Shown here in pieces: positions 27,601 to 40,180 of a stretch of DNA of 64,000 nucleotides. How positions within the stretch are numbered: position 1 is the stretch's first letter; the number at the start of each line of letters is the position of its first letter. The stretch covers positions 2,542,001 through 2,606,000 of the forward strand of contig CM007989.1 of NCBI GenBank assembly GCA_002189035.1, read 5' to 3'. This DNA is from Utricularia gibba (lineage: Eukaryota; Plantae; Magnoliophyta). A model generated the notes under the pieces. The model saw only the letters and a list, made by a program, of their open reading frames with translations, was not told where the DNA came from and did not search any database. The translations under genes and the position numbers were made by a program.

Positions 27601-28104
27601 CCTTCACTGTGGAACTTGCAAGGAAAATAACGGATTTTTTTGCTGCTTCGCTTTCTGATCTTCATCGTCTTGCCCAGGTTTTGTGTTTTTTGTGTTTTTC
27701 TGACTGCATTTTTATGTTATTTGAATGTGTTGTGAATCTGTTGCGCCGATTCTATGTTCTCGCATCTGGGTTCGGGTATCTTCGATTTTGGTCTGGTATT
27801 TTTCGGACACTTTTAACTCACTCACGATTCCTTAAGTTACGCTCTGGAAACTAGCTGATGCACGTATTTTTTCTGCGTTTGGGATTGTCTTTGGAGGGGT
27901 AGTGAGCGATAGGGAAATGAGCTGAGTTGCAGCTGTTCCTTATTCTTTCGCTTTGGAGTTTTTTGTCCTTTAAGCCATGAGTGGTTGGAAATTTGAACCG
28001 TATTCATTGACTTGCTTTTTCAGAATGCGGGCTACAAGCACAAAGATAAATCTGCGTTTTGGTTAAGATAAAAATCGACTACAGATTGCAGCCGCAGCAT
28101 AAAG

Positions 28105-29557
28105 ATGTCTGATTCCGATCATAAATCAGCCGTCGTGATCGATGGCAAGGCAGTAGCCCAGACAATCCGGTCTGAAATCGCCGCGGAGGTTCGCCGTCTG
28201 TCACAGACACACGGCAAGGTAGAGGCAGAATAAGTCTCCCTTCGTTTTCTTTCATTTTCAGTGTTACATTGAAATGAATGCCTCGTTTGAGATTTCAGGT
28301 CCCAGGTCTAGCGGTGGTTATCGTAGGGCAGAGGAAGGATTCACAGAGTTATGTATCCATGAAAAGGAAAGCGTGTGCAGAAGTAGGAATCAAGTCTGTC
28401 GATTTGGATCTCCCCGAGGACATTTCAGAATCTGATTTGATAACTAAAGTCCGCGAGTTGAACGCAGATAATCAAGTTCATGGTTTGTTGCTGCTACCTT
28501 TCTTGCCTGTGTTTGGATTAGGGGAGCATTGATACCTTTCATTTGTTTGCTGCACTACAGGAATACTGGTCCAGCTTCCTCTACCCACGCATATCAATGA
28601 GGAGAATATCTTAAGTGAGATATCACTTGAGAAGGATGTTGATGGGTTTCATCCTCTAAACATTGGCAAGTTGGCTATGAAGGGCAGAGATCCTTTGTTT
28701 GTACCTTGCACTCCTAAGGTTATCCCTTTGCTTTTCTTCGTGTTAACTGCTTGTTTAAACATCACATTCGTTGATAAATGACAGGTTGGCTGTTTGTTCC
28801 TTGTGTTGAAGTAAGATATGGAGTTGATTACTTACGATGCCCATTTGTAAAACAGGGTTGCATGGAGCTGCTATCGCGTAGTGGTATTAGTGTAAAGGGA
28901 AAAACGGCTGTTGTCGTAGGCCGAAGCAACATTGTTGGTTTACCAGTTTCACTGCTTCTTCTTAAAGAAGATGCGACTGTTACTGTAGTCCATTCGCGGA
29001 CAAAGGATCCAGAGAGCATCATCCGCCAAGCCGACATTGTTATTGCTGCAGCTGGAAAGCCCATGATGGTAAGTAAAGCCAAAAGTTATTTGTTTCTTAA
29101 AGTATTCTCTCTTTAGCCTCTCAATGAAACTTCCAAACCCTTCGTGAAATTTCTTGAATGTACTTAAAAACATGAAATCAAGGTACTTCAAAGCGTGATC
29201 AATGCTAGTTTTAGATTTGCATCTTGAGATTTTGGCATAAAAAGACGGGTTCAAAGCTCTTTCATTTGTGGTTTCCCAAGTTTTCCGTCAGCTATTGATG
29301 TACTGCCTCATCATTTACAGATCAAGGGTAGCTGGATAAAACCTGGAGCAGCAGTGATTGATGTGGGAACTAACTCTGTGGCTGATGCAAGTAAGAAATC
29401 TGGCTACCGGCTCGTTGGCGATGTAGACTTTGAGGAAGCAAGCAAGGTTGCTGGCTGGATAACTCCCGTGCCCGGTGGTGTTGGACCAATGACTGTTGCA
29501 ATGTTACTCAGCAACACACTGGATAGCGCCAAGAGAGTTTTTGCAGGGAGCAGCTAA
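28105..29557 (+). CDS. FOLD: Bifunctional methylenetetrahydrofolate dehydrogenase/cyclohydrolase, no transit peptide (cytosolic type)
   Basis: [57 protein letters not shown] and [16 protein letters not shown]. Five coding exons. Confidence 0.95.
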
Positions 29558-29952
29558 TCTGTACGCTACACATGCCTGTGATGGTTTGGTTCAAAATTCA
29601 AATGCTTGTTTTTGTTTCTTATTAACTGAAGAAATTTGGTAAATTACAGTTCATCCATGTATGTGGAGGGGAGGTTGGAAACCGACACGTGCGTTATTGT
29701 TGATTTGCACATAATTATGTTTTCCATGGCTATCCATGTCTGAAAACCAATGGTCTGGAGAACAACTGCAACAATGAAAATTGTCACCCAATACTTAAAA
29801 GTGCCATAAATTTACTTCAGATTCTACTAGAACTCGACTATGATTACAGGTAACCAAGAGAGACCAAGGAATTAAACACGCGTTTCTTTGGCAACCCCTT
29901 TCGTAGCTAGATAAATCATTGTCATCGCCATTCAGTTTTCGTTCCCGGCAAA

Positions 29953-31827
29953 ATGGGTGCGCTTCCTGGAGTTATTCCGACTCTGTCTTATGGCGTACAG
30001 CTTGGCCCATCAACTGGACGAAGACCCAGATTTCTTGTTCCTCTGTCTTCCGCGGCTACTTCCTCTGCGCCGGTTGTCACTCGGGTACTTTTTTTTTTTT
30101 TTTTAATTTCATTGCTTTCTGGTTTCAGTTGGTCTGAGTTATTTCATTCAGGGCTCTGAAATGGAGCTGGAGAATCGGAAATTCGAGCTGCTTAGAGCAG
30201 TTTTGGATACTCAGCGGGGCCTTGTTGCTACTTCCAGTCAGCGATCCTCAATTGAGGAGGCTATGGTTTGTACTAAATTATTCGCAGTCCATGAATCCCG
30301 TCTGTATATACATAAATGTTTTTGCTTTATTGCTTGGTGGTTGCCACTGTTATGAAGTATGATGATATTCTCTTTTATTGTGTCAATGGTTGTTTGATCA
30401 AGGATTTGGGGTATTAACTATGATGAATATAGATTGGCTTGAAAACTTGGTTTATAAGGACGTGTTTCCAACGCCATACTCATATGTGAATCAGTGCTGT
30501 ATTCCCTCTAACTCATGCATGAATAAGGAGTATGGATTGTTATGATGATGCTCCTGCAGGTTAACGTTGAAAGTTTTGACCCGGGGAATCCAATCAATTA
30601 TCGCCAATTGGACGGGACATGGCGTTTGCAGTACACATCTGCACCTGATGTCCTCATTCTCTTCCAAGCCGCTGCTAGTCTTCCTTTCCTTAATGTATAT
30701 GTTTTGAAACCTGAGCTTATCATATATCCAGCTTCGTGTTAATCCACGCTTTGCTGAATCCTGAAGGTGGGTCAAGTGTTTCAAAAATTTGAATGCCAGG
30801 ATCAATCAAACAAAGGCATCGTTCGTAACATTGTGCGGTGGAGTGTACCAGGACTTCTGGAGGTAGTTTCTTTCTTTTCTTTTCTTTTTTCCCTTGAGAC
30901 AGGTACTTTCTCAAACCTGTGTTTGAGCTTGAAATCTATTACAGTTTTCTGAAACCTTCTTTACCTTGTCTGTACTTATCTTTAGCATCATAAGATAGTT
31001 CCTCGTATACTAGGATCAAGAAGGCGCCTCTCTTGTAGTCTCCGCAGACTTTTCAGTTGTCTCAAAGCGTAACATCCAGCTTGAGTTTCAAAAGGTTAGT
31101 AATTTCACCATGTACTTGTAGGTGTTTTTTTTTTGTAGAAACAAGGAGTATTACAATTTACAGGAAAAATCATATGACAGTTTTAAGACACTGTAATATC
31201 TGAAAAGTTCTCTTTATCAGGTGGCAGTGCAGAGCATAAGCATTAGCGAAGAGCTTCAAGCCTTACTTGCTCCAGCATTACTCCCTCGTTCCTTCTTCAA
31301 CTTACAGGCAATATGACAGTGCCCTCCTTTTGCTTCTGATGAATAGCTTTTCATCCCGTCTCCAGCATTACTCCCTCGTTCTTTATTCTGCTTTAGTAAC
31401 ACATACATATGAAGATGCATGCATTGAAGTAATCCCTGTAGTAGAGATGCATCAACCTAGATTCTGCTAAAACAAATGAACGTAAGCCATGCTTTCGTGT
31501 TTCTAGATCAACATCTGAATCCATCATCACAAGTATGCTATTCTTCAGCTGTAACAATGTGCATGATTCTCAAGGCACACTTCCATTTTGCAGGTCTTGC
31601 AGTTCATCAAATCCTTCACCGCCGAAGTCCCAGTAACAACTGCTCCAAGGTAAAAACCATGATCTGCATTTCCCATTCGTTTCTTTTGATATCCCGAATG
31701 GTGACACAGACAATCCGTGGGAGGGCTTTACTACTTGTCATTCCTCGACAACAACATGCTTTTGGGTCGTTCCGTCGGCGGTGGTGGTGCTTTTGTGTTT
31801 TCCAGGTCTCAGCCCCTCATTTTGTGA
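29953..31827 (+). CDS. FBN8: Plastid lipid-associated fibrillin, FBN8/PAP10-like
   Basis: Transit-like exon 1; ELLRAVLDTQRGL; LDGTWRLQYTSAPDV; VGQVFQKFEC; ALLAPALLPRSF; GLYYLSFLDNNMLLGRSVGGGG. Confidence 0.88.
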
Positions 31828-32266
31828 GCAGATTGGAGGAGCATATTTGAGTATGCAGCAGTGCTGTAGCTTTTACCAGGAACTAGAAGATTTTTACCTT
31901 TTCACTGTGCTTGGAACTACATTTTACCATGAAATAGTTCTAAGAGAAAGAAGAATGTTGATCCAAGGTAAACAATCTCAGCATGGGGTTCCATTTACTT
32001 TTTTACTGACAGGGAGGGAAAGGCCGTTGAATGGGCAGGGCTAAAATTGTCATTTAAGGCGGCACTCTGCACGCAAAATAACGGCCTAATTTCTATTGGG
32101 CTTCAATCTTCATCGATCATTTCATATTGGCCCAAAGGGTGTCCCACCCGACGACGTCGTTTTGGACACCGGCGAAAAGCCCTACTACGAAGTCATCGGG
32201 TTCTTAAACCCCGAACAAAAGCCGCCGAAGGTTTCACCGTGATCCAAGGTACTCGGTCTGTGCGAA

Positions 32267-35200
32267 ATGGCCACTCTAGCTGCGCGGAACACGACTCGAA
32301 AGTGCTTGATGGTAAGCACTTCAGTAAGTCACTCATCGGGCTGCAGAGGATTTGCTGCCTACTCGCCGTCGTCGGTGACTGAGCCGTTGATATCTTCCCA
32401 TCGAGTCTCTAACCCTTGGTGGAGATCCTTCGCCACTTTCACCCGAACGTAAGCTTGTTTGTAGAGTTGATCATTTATGTAAGTCTGTCAATTGGGATGG
32501 TCGTCAGCTTGTCACTCATGTCTAGGATTATATATGGTGCAATGAGTGGAAGCTTTATGTTTTACCACTTATATCGATTGATTGATGCCGATGATCTAAA
32601 TTTTTTTTCTTTTTTGTCGCGTAGTTGGGATTGGTGATGGAGAAGTGTTGTTTAACATTATGAGTATCTACAGGAAACCTCACGTAAACGTGGGAACTAT
32701 CGGGCATGTTGACCACGGAAAGACTACTTTGACTGCAGCAATCACAAGGGTAAAATTAAAGCTAGTGAATGGATCTTTGTTTCATGAAACTTAAAGCATT
32801 CGTATATCTATGTCGTCCCTTTGTAAGCTGGCATCTGAAATTTGAATTTCATGGGGCAAGGTGTTGGCAGAAGAGGGAAAGGCTAAAGCCGTTGCATTTG
32901 ATGAAATCGACAAAGCTCCTGAAGAGAAAAAGAGGGGAATTACCATTGCGACGGTTAGCTTGTCTTTTATGTCTTTGGTGTTTCTCAAAGATAGAACTTA
33001 AGCCTACGGTGATGATGCAGGCCCATGTAGAATATGAAACTGCAAAGAGGCACTATGCTCATGTGGATTGCCCTGGGCATGCTGATTATGTTAAAGTGAG
33101 ATGTATAATCTTCTTGTTCTGTTGTACGTATTTTAACCATGTAGTTACCATTTGTTAACACTGGTATGCTATTCTTTTTTTAAAAAAATTAAATTCGCAT
33201 GTTAAAGATGCATAATCTTCTTGTTATGTATCAAGAAAGATGCCCCATCATGTTTAGTAAGAAATGTTGAATCATTTGTATTTCATTATGAACATTGAGG
33301 TGCTTGCTGCTCGGCTGTCTACCTTTTTGGAAAAAGTCTTAGTACTATATGAATACATCATGGTTTCCTCTCACAGAACATGATTACTGGAGCTGCTCAA
33401 ATGGATGGAGGCATTCTTGTTGTATCAGCACCTGATGGACCAATGCCTCAAACAAAGGAGCACATCCTTCTTGCACGCCAGGTGATTGATGAAAGTGAAT
33501 TGAGTCTAAAAAGATGGAAGTGTGTGATAATTTATCAGACAATATCTTCTTCCTGACCACTTTTTTTTTTCCGTCTAGGTTGGTGTTCCATCACTGGTAT
33601 GCTTCCTTAATAAAGTGGATGCTGTTGACGACCCGGAATTGCTCGAACTTGTGGAGATGGAATTACGGGGTATGACAAGATTTCGTGTGTTTTGAATATG
33701 GATCTGCGCAATTTACTGAAAGATTTGCTTTCATCTTGTCATCGAACCACAGAGTTGCTTAGCTTCTACAAGTTCCCTGGTGATGAAATTCCAATTATCC
33801 GTGGATCAGCATTATCTGCCTTAGAGGGTACGAATGAAGACATTGGGAAGAAGGCTATCTTAAAATTAATGGATGCTGTGGATTCATATATCCCTGATCC
33901 TGTTAGGCAACTTGACAAGCATTTCCTTATGCCCATTGAAGATGTTTTTACCATCCAGGTTAGTGGAAATTATCTCTTTTATTCTCAAACAGCAAGATGA
34001 TTGACAGGCATAACGTCTCTTCTCCATAAATGTTGTGGATTCATGTATCTCTTTGTTTCTTTTATTGCCCTTTTTGAGGTAAATATACCAAATCTATAGA
34101 ACTCAATGTTCTTGTGTGTCTCATTTTTCTGATATGACTTGTAATTATTCCAGTGTTCAATTTAGTTTTTGGTACTGTTAAATGCATACAATAAACGAGA
34201 TATTGAAGTTGACAGCATCTATCAATCATGGTTTTCCTTGAATGTGGAAAGCTCTGCACTTGTGAATGCAAATAATGAGGTGTGCTTTTATCTTGGACAC
34301 TAGGGACGAGGTACTGTCGCAACTGGACGTGTTGAGCAAGGGATAATCAAGCCTGGTGAAGAAGTGGAGATTTTGGGACTCTCCCAGGTCGTTTATAAGT
34401 ACACTTGTGATTTCTTGACTTGTTTTTTTTCTTCTTTTCCATGTCTTCTATGTTGAGCCATTCACTGCCTCCAGTCCTCATGTGCATGAATGTGCGCCTT
34501 CTTTATCTCTCTGAATTAGACAACGTTTACTAATTAAGTTGCTTCTTACCACAGAACAAATTGAAAACCACAGTCACAGGCGTTGAGATGTTCAAGAAAA
34601 CATTGGACTATGGCCAAGTGAAATTCTTATCCTTGTTTATCAACCTGGATAGAATCTTCTGTTTACTGTCAACTTACACATTCTTCCTCCTAGGCGGGCG
34701 ACAATGTGGGATTGCTTCTGCGTGGCTTGAAGCGAGATGAGATACAAAGAGGAATGGTCAGTTTTTTTCTGTTTGCATTAGCTGATACATTGATCTACTA
34801 TCTCCTTGCTGATGATTGTTCATATTATTTATTGGCTGCGTTAACATCCTAATATACAGAGCCTTTCTCTGCTGACCATCATGCTGTTTGGCCTGAGTAG
34901 ATACCCCACTCCATTGTCTCTATTTCATGAGATCATCTGAAGTATCTCGGCATTCTTACTAGACAAGCTGCGTCTAATGACTGTCTTTTTACTGTTTTCT
35001 TATTGGTGGTGAAGGTTGTTGCAAAACCTGGAACTTTAAAAACGTATACCAAATTCGAGGCAGAGATTTATGTTCTCACAAAAGAAGAAGGCGGTCGTCA
35101 TACAGCATTTTTCTCAAACTACAGACCCCAATTTTACATGAGAACGGCAGATGTCACTGGTAAAGTTGAGTTGCCAGAGAATGTGAAGATGGTCATGCCA

Positions 35201-35440
35201 GGGGACAACGTCACTGCTGTTTTCGAGCTGATATACCCAGTTCCCCTAGAAGCAGGTTTTTGCTATGTCCCGAATTTTCATCCTTTTTTGGCAATGCAAT
35301 CTCTTTCCTGTGATCCTCATTGTATTGAACAAATCTTTATACACGAATCTGTTTTCCATGCAATTCCAGGACAAAGATTTGCTCTCCGGGAAGGTGGTCG
35401 AACCGTCGGTGCCGGAGTCGTTTCAAAGGTTATGAGTTGA
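32267..35440 (+). CDS. TUFA: Mitochondrial elongation factor Tu (nuclear-encoded, multi-exon)
   Basis: Presequence ending [10 protein letters not shown]; [18 protein letters not shown]; RGITI; [15 protein letters not shown]; NKVD; [16 protein letters not shown]. Confidence 0.96.
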
Positions 35441-36318
35441 GATGCTTTGGTAGCCCTGTAGTTTCTTCTCAGGCCATCGCAAAGTTGATGAACAAGGTAA
35501 TTCATTCTTGAGTTCTTTGGAAGATTTTCAAGGCAGCTCATAAGAAAAATTTGTTTGGAGATATGCACACAGTCCATTGGACTATCCTCTTGGCTCCTTC
35601 CCCGAGCTCTTATTTTGCATCCACCAGACCAGCACAGCACAGCAGCACATAAAAATGCCTACTAGTTGAGTTTAGGGATCGGTTTAATCCGAATTCATGA
35701 TTTTTTGAGTTTATTTTAATAATTTTTTATACAAACAATAAAATTTAAATAATTATGTTCATTTTTAATAATATCTTTATAACAACACATGAAATATGAA
35801 AACGGTGTCTGGCCCGTTGCTGGTGGCCTCTCGATATTATTTATGGGTCGGTCAAAATATCAATTTTTTAATGTTTAATTATTTAAATTTACTAAAACAA
35901 TTACAGCTGGACTGCTGTGCGGCGCATCACAGTTTTATTCCTAGACCCCACAGCAGGGCGGTGACGTGGGCTTATTTGATTGGTGGTGACTGACTCAGTT
36001 GGACGTTTTCCCAGGGGTATATATCACGATTGGACAACTTCCGGGTATTTTCGATGCTTTTTTTTTTCTCCCCATCCCGTCATGCGAAGAAGAAGCTGCC
36101 GGCTATCGGAACCCTAAATCGCATCTTACCCCGCCCAATTTCACACCTTGGTTCAACTCAAATTTTTGATCATATCGATTTGGGTCCGAAACCCTAATTT
36201 GGTACTCGTTTTGTGGGGATTTTGGCCCAGATCCGACTTTCGTTTTGGGAATTGTGTCTCGTGTTTCACAGTTTTGTGGGATACCCATAATAGGGTGAGA
36301 ATTGGATTGTTGATTTGG

Positions 36319-38230
36319 ATGGAGAGGGTTTATAAAGAGACGCCGCCTTGTTTTGTGCCGGAGGTACCGCCGTCTCCGACAGTTACGACATCGACATCGA
36401 TAGCGAAGACAGTGAACGGATCTCACGATTTTAAGATTATGGGGTATTCTATGTCGAAGGGAATGGGGATTGGGAAATATGTTGCATCCGATACGTTTAT
36501 GGTGGGTGGGCATGAATGGGCGATCTATTTCTATCCCGACGGAAAGAGTGAGGAAGACAATGCAACGTATGTATCACTTTTCATTGCTTTAGCAAGTGAG
36601 GGCACGGATGTGAGGGCCCTTTTCGAACTGAGCCTTCTCGATCAGAGTGGGAGGGGGAGGCATAAGGTTCACAGCCATTTTGGCCGGACACTTGAAAGTG
36701 GCCCTTATACTCTTAAGTGCAGGGGCAGTATGTGGTAAGCTTCTTTATGATTTTAATGTCCTAATACCTTAATGTAGTCATCAGGAGGCATGGGTTTTGT
36801 AGTTGAACCATCTTAGGCGATTATGAAGTGTGTGGGCTTTTTTAGTTTAGTTTCTTTGAAGTATTGTTATCTCAATGATGTTATCCACCACGAAGGTCTT
36901 TGGGTTATCATATATGTTGTTAATTAGGTTTTTTTAAAGCATTTTTACCTACTTTGGGCATCTGAGTATTGAAGAAATTGGTTTGACTACAGGGGATACA
37001 AAAGATTTTTTAAACGAGCTAATTTGGAAGGTTCTGATTACCTAAAGGACGATTGCCTTCAAGTTCATTGCTGTGTAGGTGTTGTTAAATCACACACAGA
37101 GGGACCTAAAGTCTACTCTATACCATACCCGCCTTCAGATATTGGCCAGCATTTTGGCCAGTTACTTGAGAGTGGAGAAGCAACTGATATAACTTTTGAA
37201 GTTGATGGTGAAACCTTTCCTGCCCACAAGTTGGTTATTGCTGCCCGATCTCCTGTTTTTAGAGCTCAGTTGTATGGGCCAATGAAAGACCAGAATACCC
37301 ATTGTGTGAAGGTTGAAGATATGGAGGCTCCTGTTTTCAAGGTATTTTGTGTGATTCTCAGTCTTTATTTACATATTGACGACTCATCAGTTCATGCTAT
37401 CTCAGTGGTCCACAAAATGCTCTGTGGTGTCATAGCATCAGTGACAAAATTACAGTGACAACTGTGAGCAGCATTTAGGAGAAAGGATCACATAAATAAG
37501 GCGTTGAACTAGTCTGTAATCTTTCTCTTGACGCTATATTTGTTTTTATGCGGAAGTTTAGAATAGAGCCTTAGTTTGAAAATGTGTGAAATATCCTTGA
37601 TAGTGCCTTTTACTATTTTCTTCTGATTTATTTGTGGCAGTTAACACCTTTTCCTTCTTGTAGGCTCTACTCCATTTTATGTATTGGGATTCTCTGCCAG
37701 ACATGGTAAAGCTTACAGGCTCAAACTCGAAATGGGCATCGACGCTGATATCTCAGCATTTACTTGCTGCTGCTGATCGCTACGGTCTAGACAGGCTAAG
37801 ACTGCTTTGTGAGGCAATCCTCTGTGAGCAAGTTGCAATAAATACTGTTGCCACGACATTAGCCCTGGCAGAGCAGCACCATTGCTTTCAGCTGAAATCA
37901 GTTTGCCTCAAGTTTGTGGCGATGCCTGAAAACCTTAGAGGTAATTGTACAGTTTCTCTCGTACAAAAAACTCTAACCTTGTCTTGGTGGAACAACCTCA
38001 TTCAGAAAAAAACTGAATACCTGAAATTTCTTCCATATTTCTTCCATACAGCGGTAATGCAGTCGGAGGGCTTTGAATACTTAAAAGAAAGCTGTCCCAG
38101 TGTTCTGACAGAACTGTTGGAGCACGTAGCCAGGGTGACTGAACACTCATTAGCAAGCGGTAAGCAGGGAATAGGAGACATCATGGACAGAATCGAGGGC
38201 AACAGTCGACGTGTGAAGCAAAGGCTATAG
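36319..38230 (+). CDS. BPM: BTB/POZ-MATH protein (CUL3 adaptor), BPM1/2-like
   Basis: MATH domain: [30 protein letters not shown] domain: [39 protein letters not shown]. Also [13 protein letters not shown]. Confidence 0.95.
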
Positions 38231-38765
38231 CAGGCTCGTGTTGCTGATGGATGGTATCATCTGCTTAGGAGCTTTACAACACCCTCTTTCTGATTCTCAT
38301 TCTCTTGGGTCACCCATTGATCAGATGTAGGTGTAAATGCAAAACACTGCCATTTCTGTTATCCTCCATGAACCTACTTCGTGTGCTTATTGTATGGCTG
38401 CGATGCCTTTCCCACCTGCACCACAAGCATGAGTTTTTTCTGTGGTTATTTAGTTATGGAATAATAATAATATTATTATTATCAAATACCGATTAAAATG
38501 AAAAGTTAATTTGGGTTTTGAGTATTTTTTCGATTTATATTTTTTAAATATATTTGAAAGGTTAATTAAGGAAATTGTTTTATTTCCGGTTTAATTCGGT
38601 AATTTAATTTAAAAGAAAAAAGGAAAAAAATTCGAAGTGATGATGATGCTGGGACGGCACACGGACACGTACAGGTACTAAATCCGATATTCCGGCGGTT
38701 TATTTGTTGACGACGCGTCTGTTCCAGGATTTGACAGTTCTTCCGGCGAATCCTCTCTGGGAGAA

Positions 38766-39945
38766 ATGGGTTCCACTGTTTCAGTACCGGAGAAATCCAT
38801 CCATGAATTCACCGTCAAGGTTTGTGATTCCACGATTTCAGTTGGATGGAGCGGTGATTTGTAGATCATTCAGCTGCCTTCTTGTCCTGTTTCGATTGAC
38901 AGGATGCCAAGGGCAATGATGTTGACCTCAGTGTCTACAAGGGAAAAGTCTTGCTTGTTGTGAATGTTGCTTCCAAATGGTGAGCTCGGTTTTGCCTCGT
39001 CTGTAATCGTGATCGCTTTTTCTGGGCGTTAGCTCTTTAATATGTGGCTTCCGCAGTGGCTTCACGAATTCGAATTACACTCAGTTGACGGAGGTTTATT
39101 CGCGGTTCAAAGATAAGGGTAAGTTTCTTTTGATTGTTTACTTGAGTTCCGTTGCTGATATTTTTATGTCTACTGTGTCAGGTCTTGAGATATTGGCTTT
39201 CCCCTGCAATCAGTTCTTGCAACAGGAGCCTGGTTCTGGCCTAGAAGCAGAACAATTTGCCTGTACAAGATTCAAGGCGGAGTACCCCATTTTTCAGAAG
39301 GTATCAGTCAGTAACAAAAGCCATCAAACTTTGTGCATTTACTGGTTTTAGCAGTTCAATCTGCATTAAATTCTGATATGTAACATTCACATAGTGAACG
39401 AATATCACCAATTCAACTTTCACTTTCGAGATTATTGTGTTATTATGTAGCAGACTGCATGTTTTCCCTTGTTTTGAGGTAGAATCAGATTGTGAAATCT
39501 GTTTGGCGATTTTTTGTGTAGATTTCCTTTGATGATGCATACATCATCTTGAAGGATCCTGTTTAATGCTCTTTGTTCAAAGCCATTCATCTTTGATGTG
39601 CATTCATCTACTATTTGCTCTACTCTAAGGTGAAAGTGAATGGACCAGAAGCAGCCCAAGTTTATAAATTTCTGAAGTCAAGCAAGGGATCTCTTTTTGG
39701 TTCAAGCATCAAATGGAACTTCACCAAGTTTCTGGTCGACAAAGACGGTATCGTAATCAAACGTTACGGACCAACTACATCACCCTTGGCGATTGAGGTA
39801 CCATGCTCTGTAATGTACAAATGGTGTTCTTAGATTCATTGAAAATCCATCTAGTTCTTCGTCGTATATGAGGAAATCTACCCCAAATTCTATTAACTGA
39901 TATCAACTGCAGGGTGATATCAAGAAAGCATTGGGTGAAGTTTGA
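38766..39945 (+). CDS. GPX: Glutathione peroxidase-like thioredoxin peroxidase, GPX4/5 type with an N-terminal MG (possible myristoylation)
   Basis: [18 protein letters not shown]; VNVASKCG; ILAFPCNQF; [12 protein letters not shown]; RYGPTTSP. Six exons. Confidence 0.95.
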
Positions 39946-40180
39946 GATCAGTTCTGCAATTTAAGAAGATACCTCGGCACCTTGTGTGCGTTGCTTTGCT
40001 TAAGTTTTTTTCTTAGTGTCTTGCAGTTCGACTTGAACTATTTCTACTATTTATTACTACATGAATTGCAATAAAAAGGCTATTATTTATTCACAATGCA
40101 GAGAAAAAGTTGCCAAACGGATCCTCCAGTTTCCAACTGGAGAAAAAAAAAACATCCAGAACTCAATTTCTAGAATTGAA

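Noticed and set aside
36700-36735. BPM MATH motif reads [10 protein letters not shown] rather than the usual YTLKYRGSMW
   Set aside because: It is a single substitution with the adjacent WGYKRF intact, which is too little evidence of altered function.
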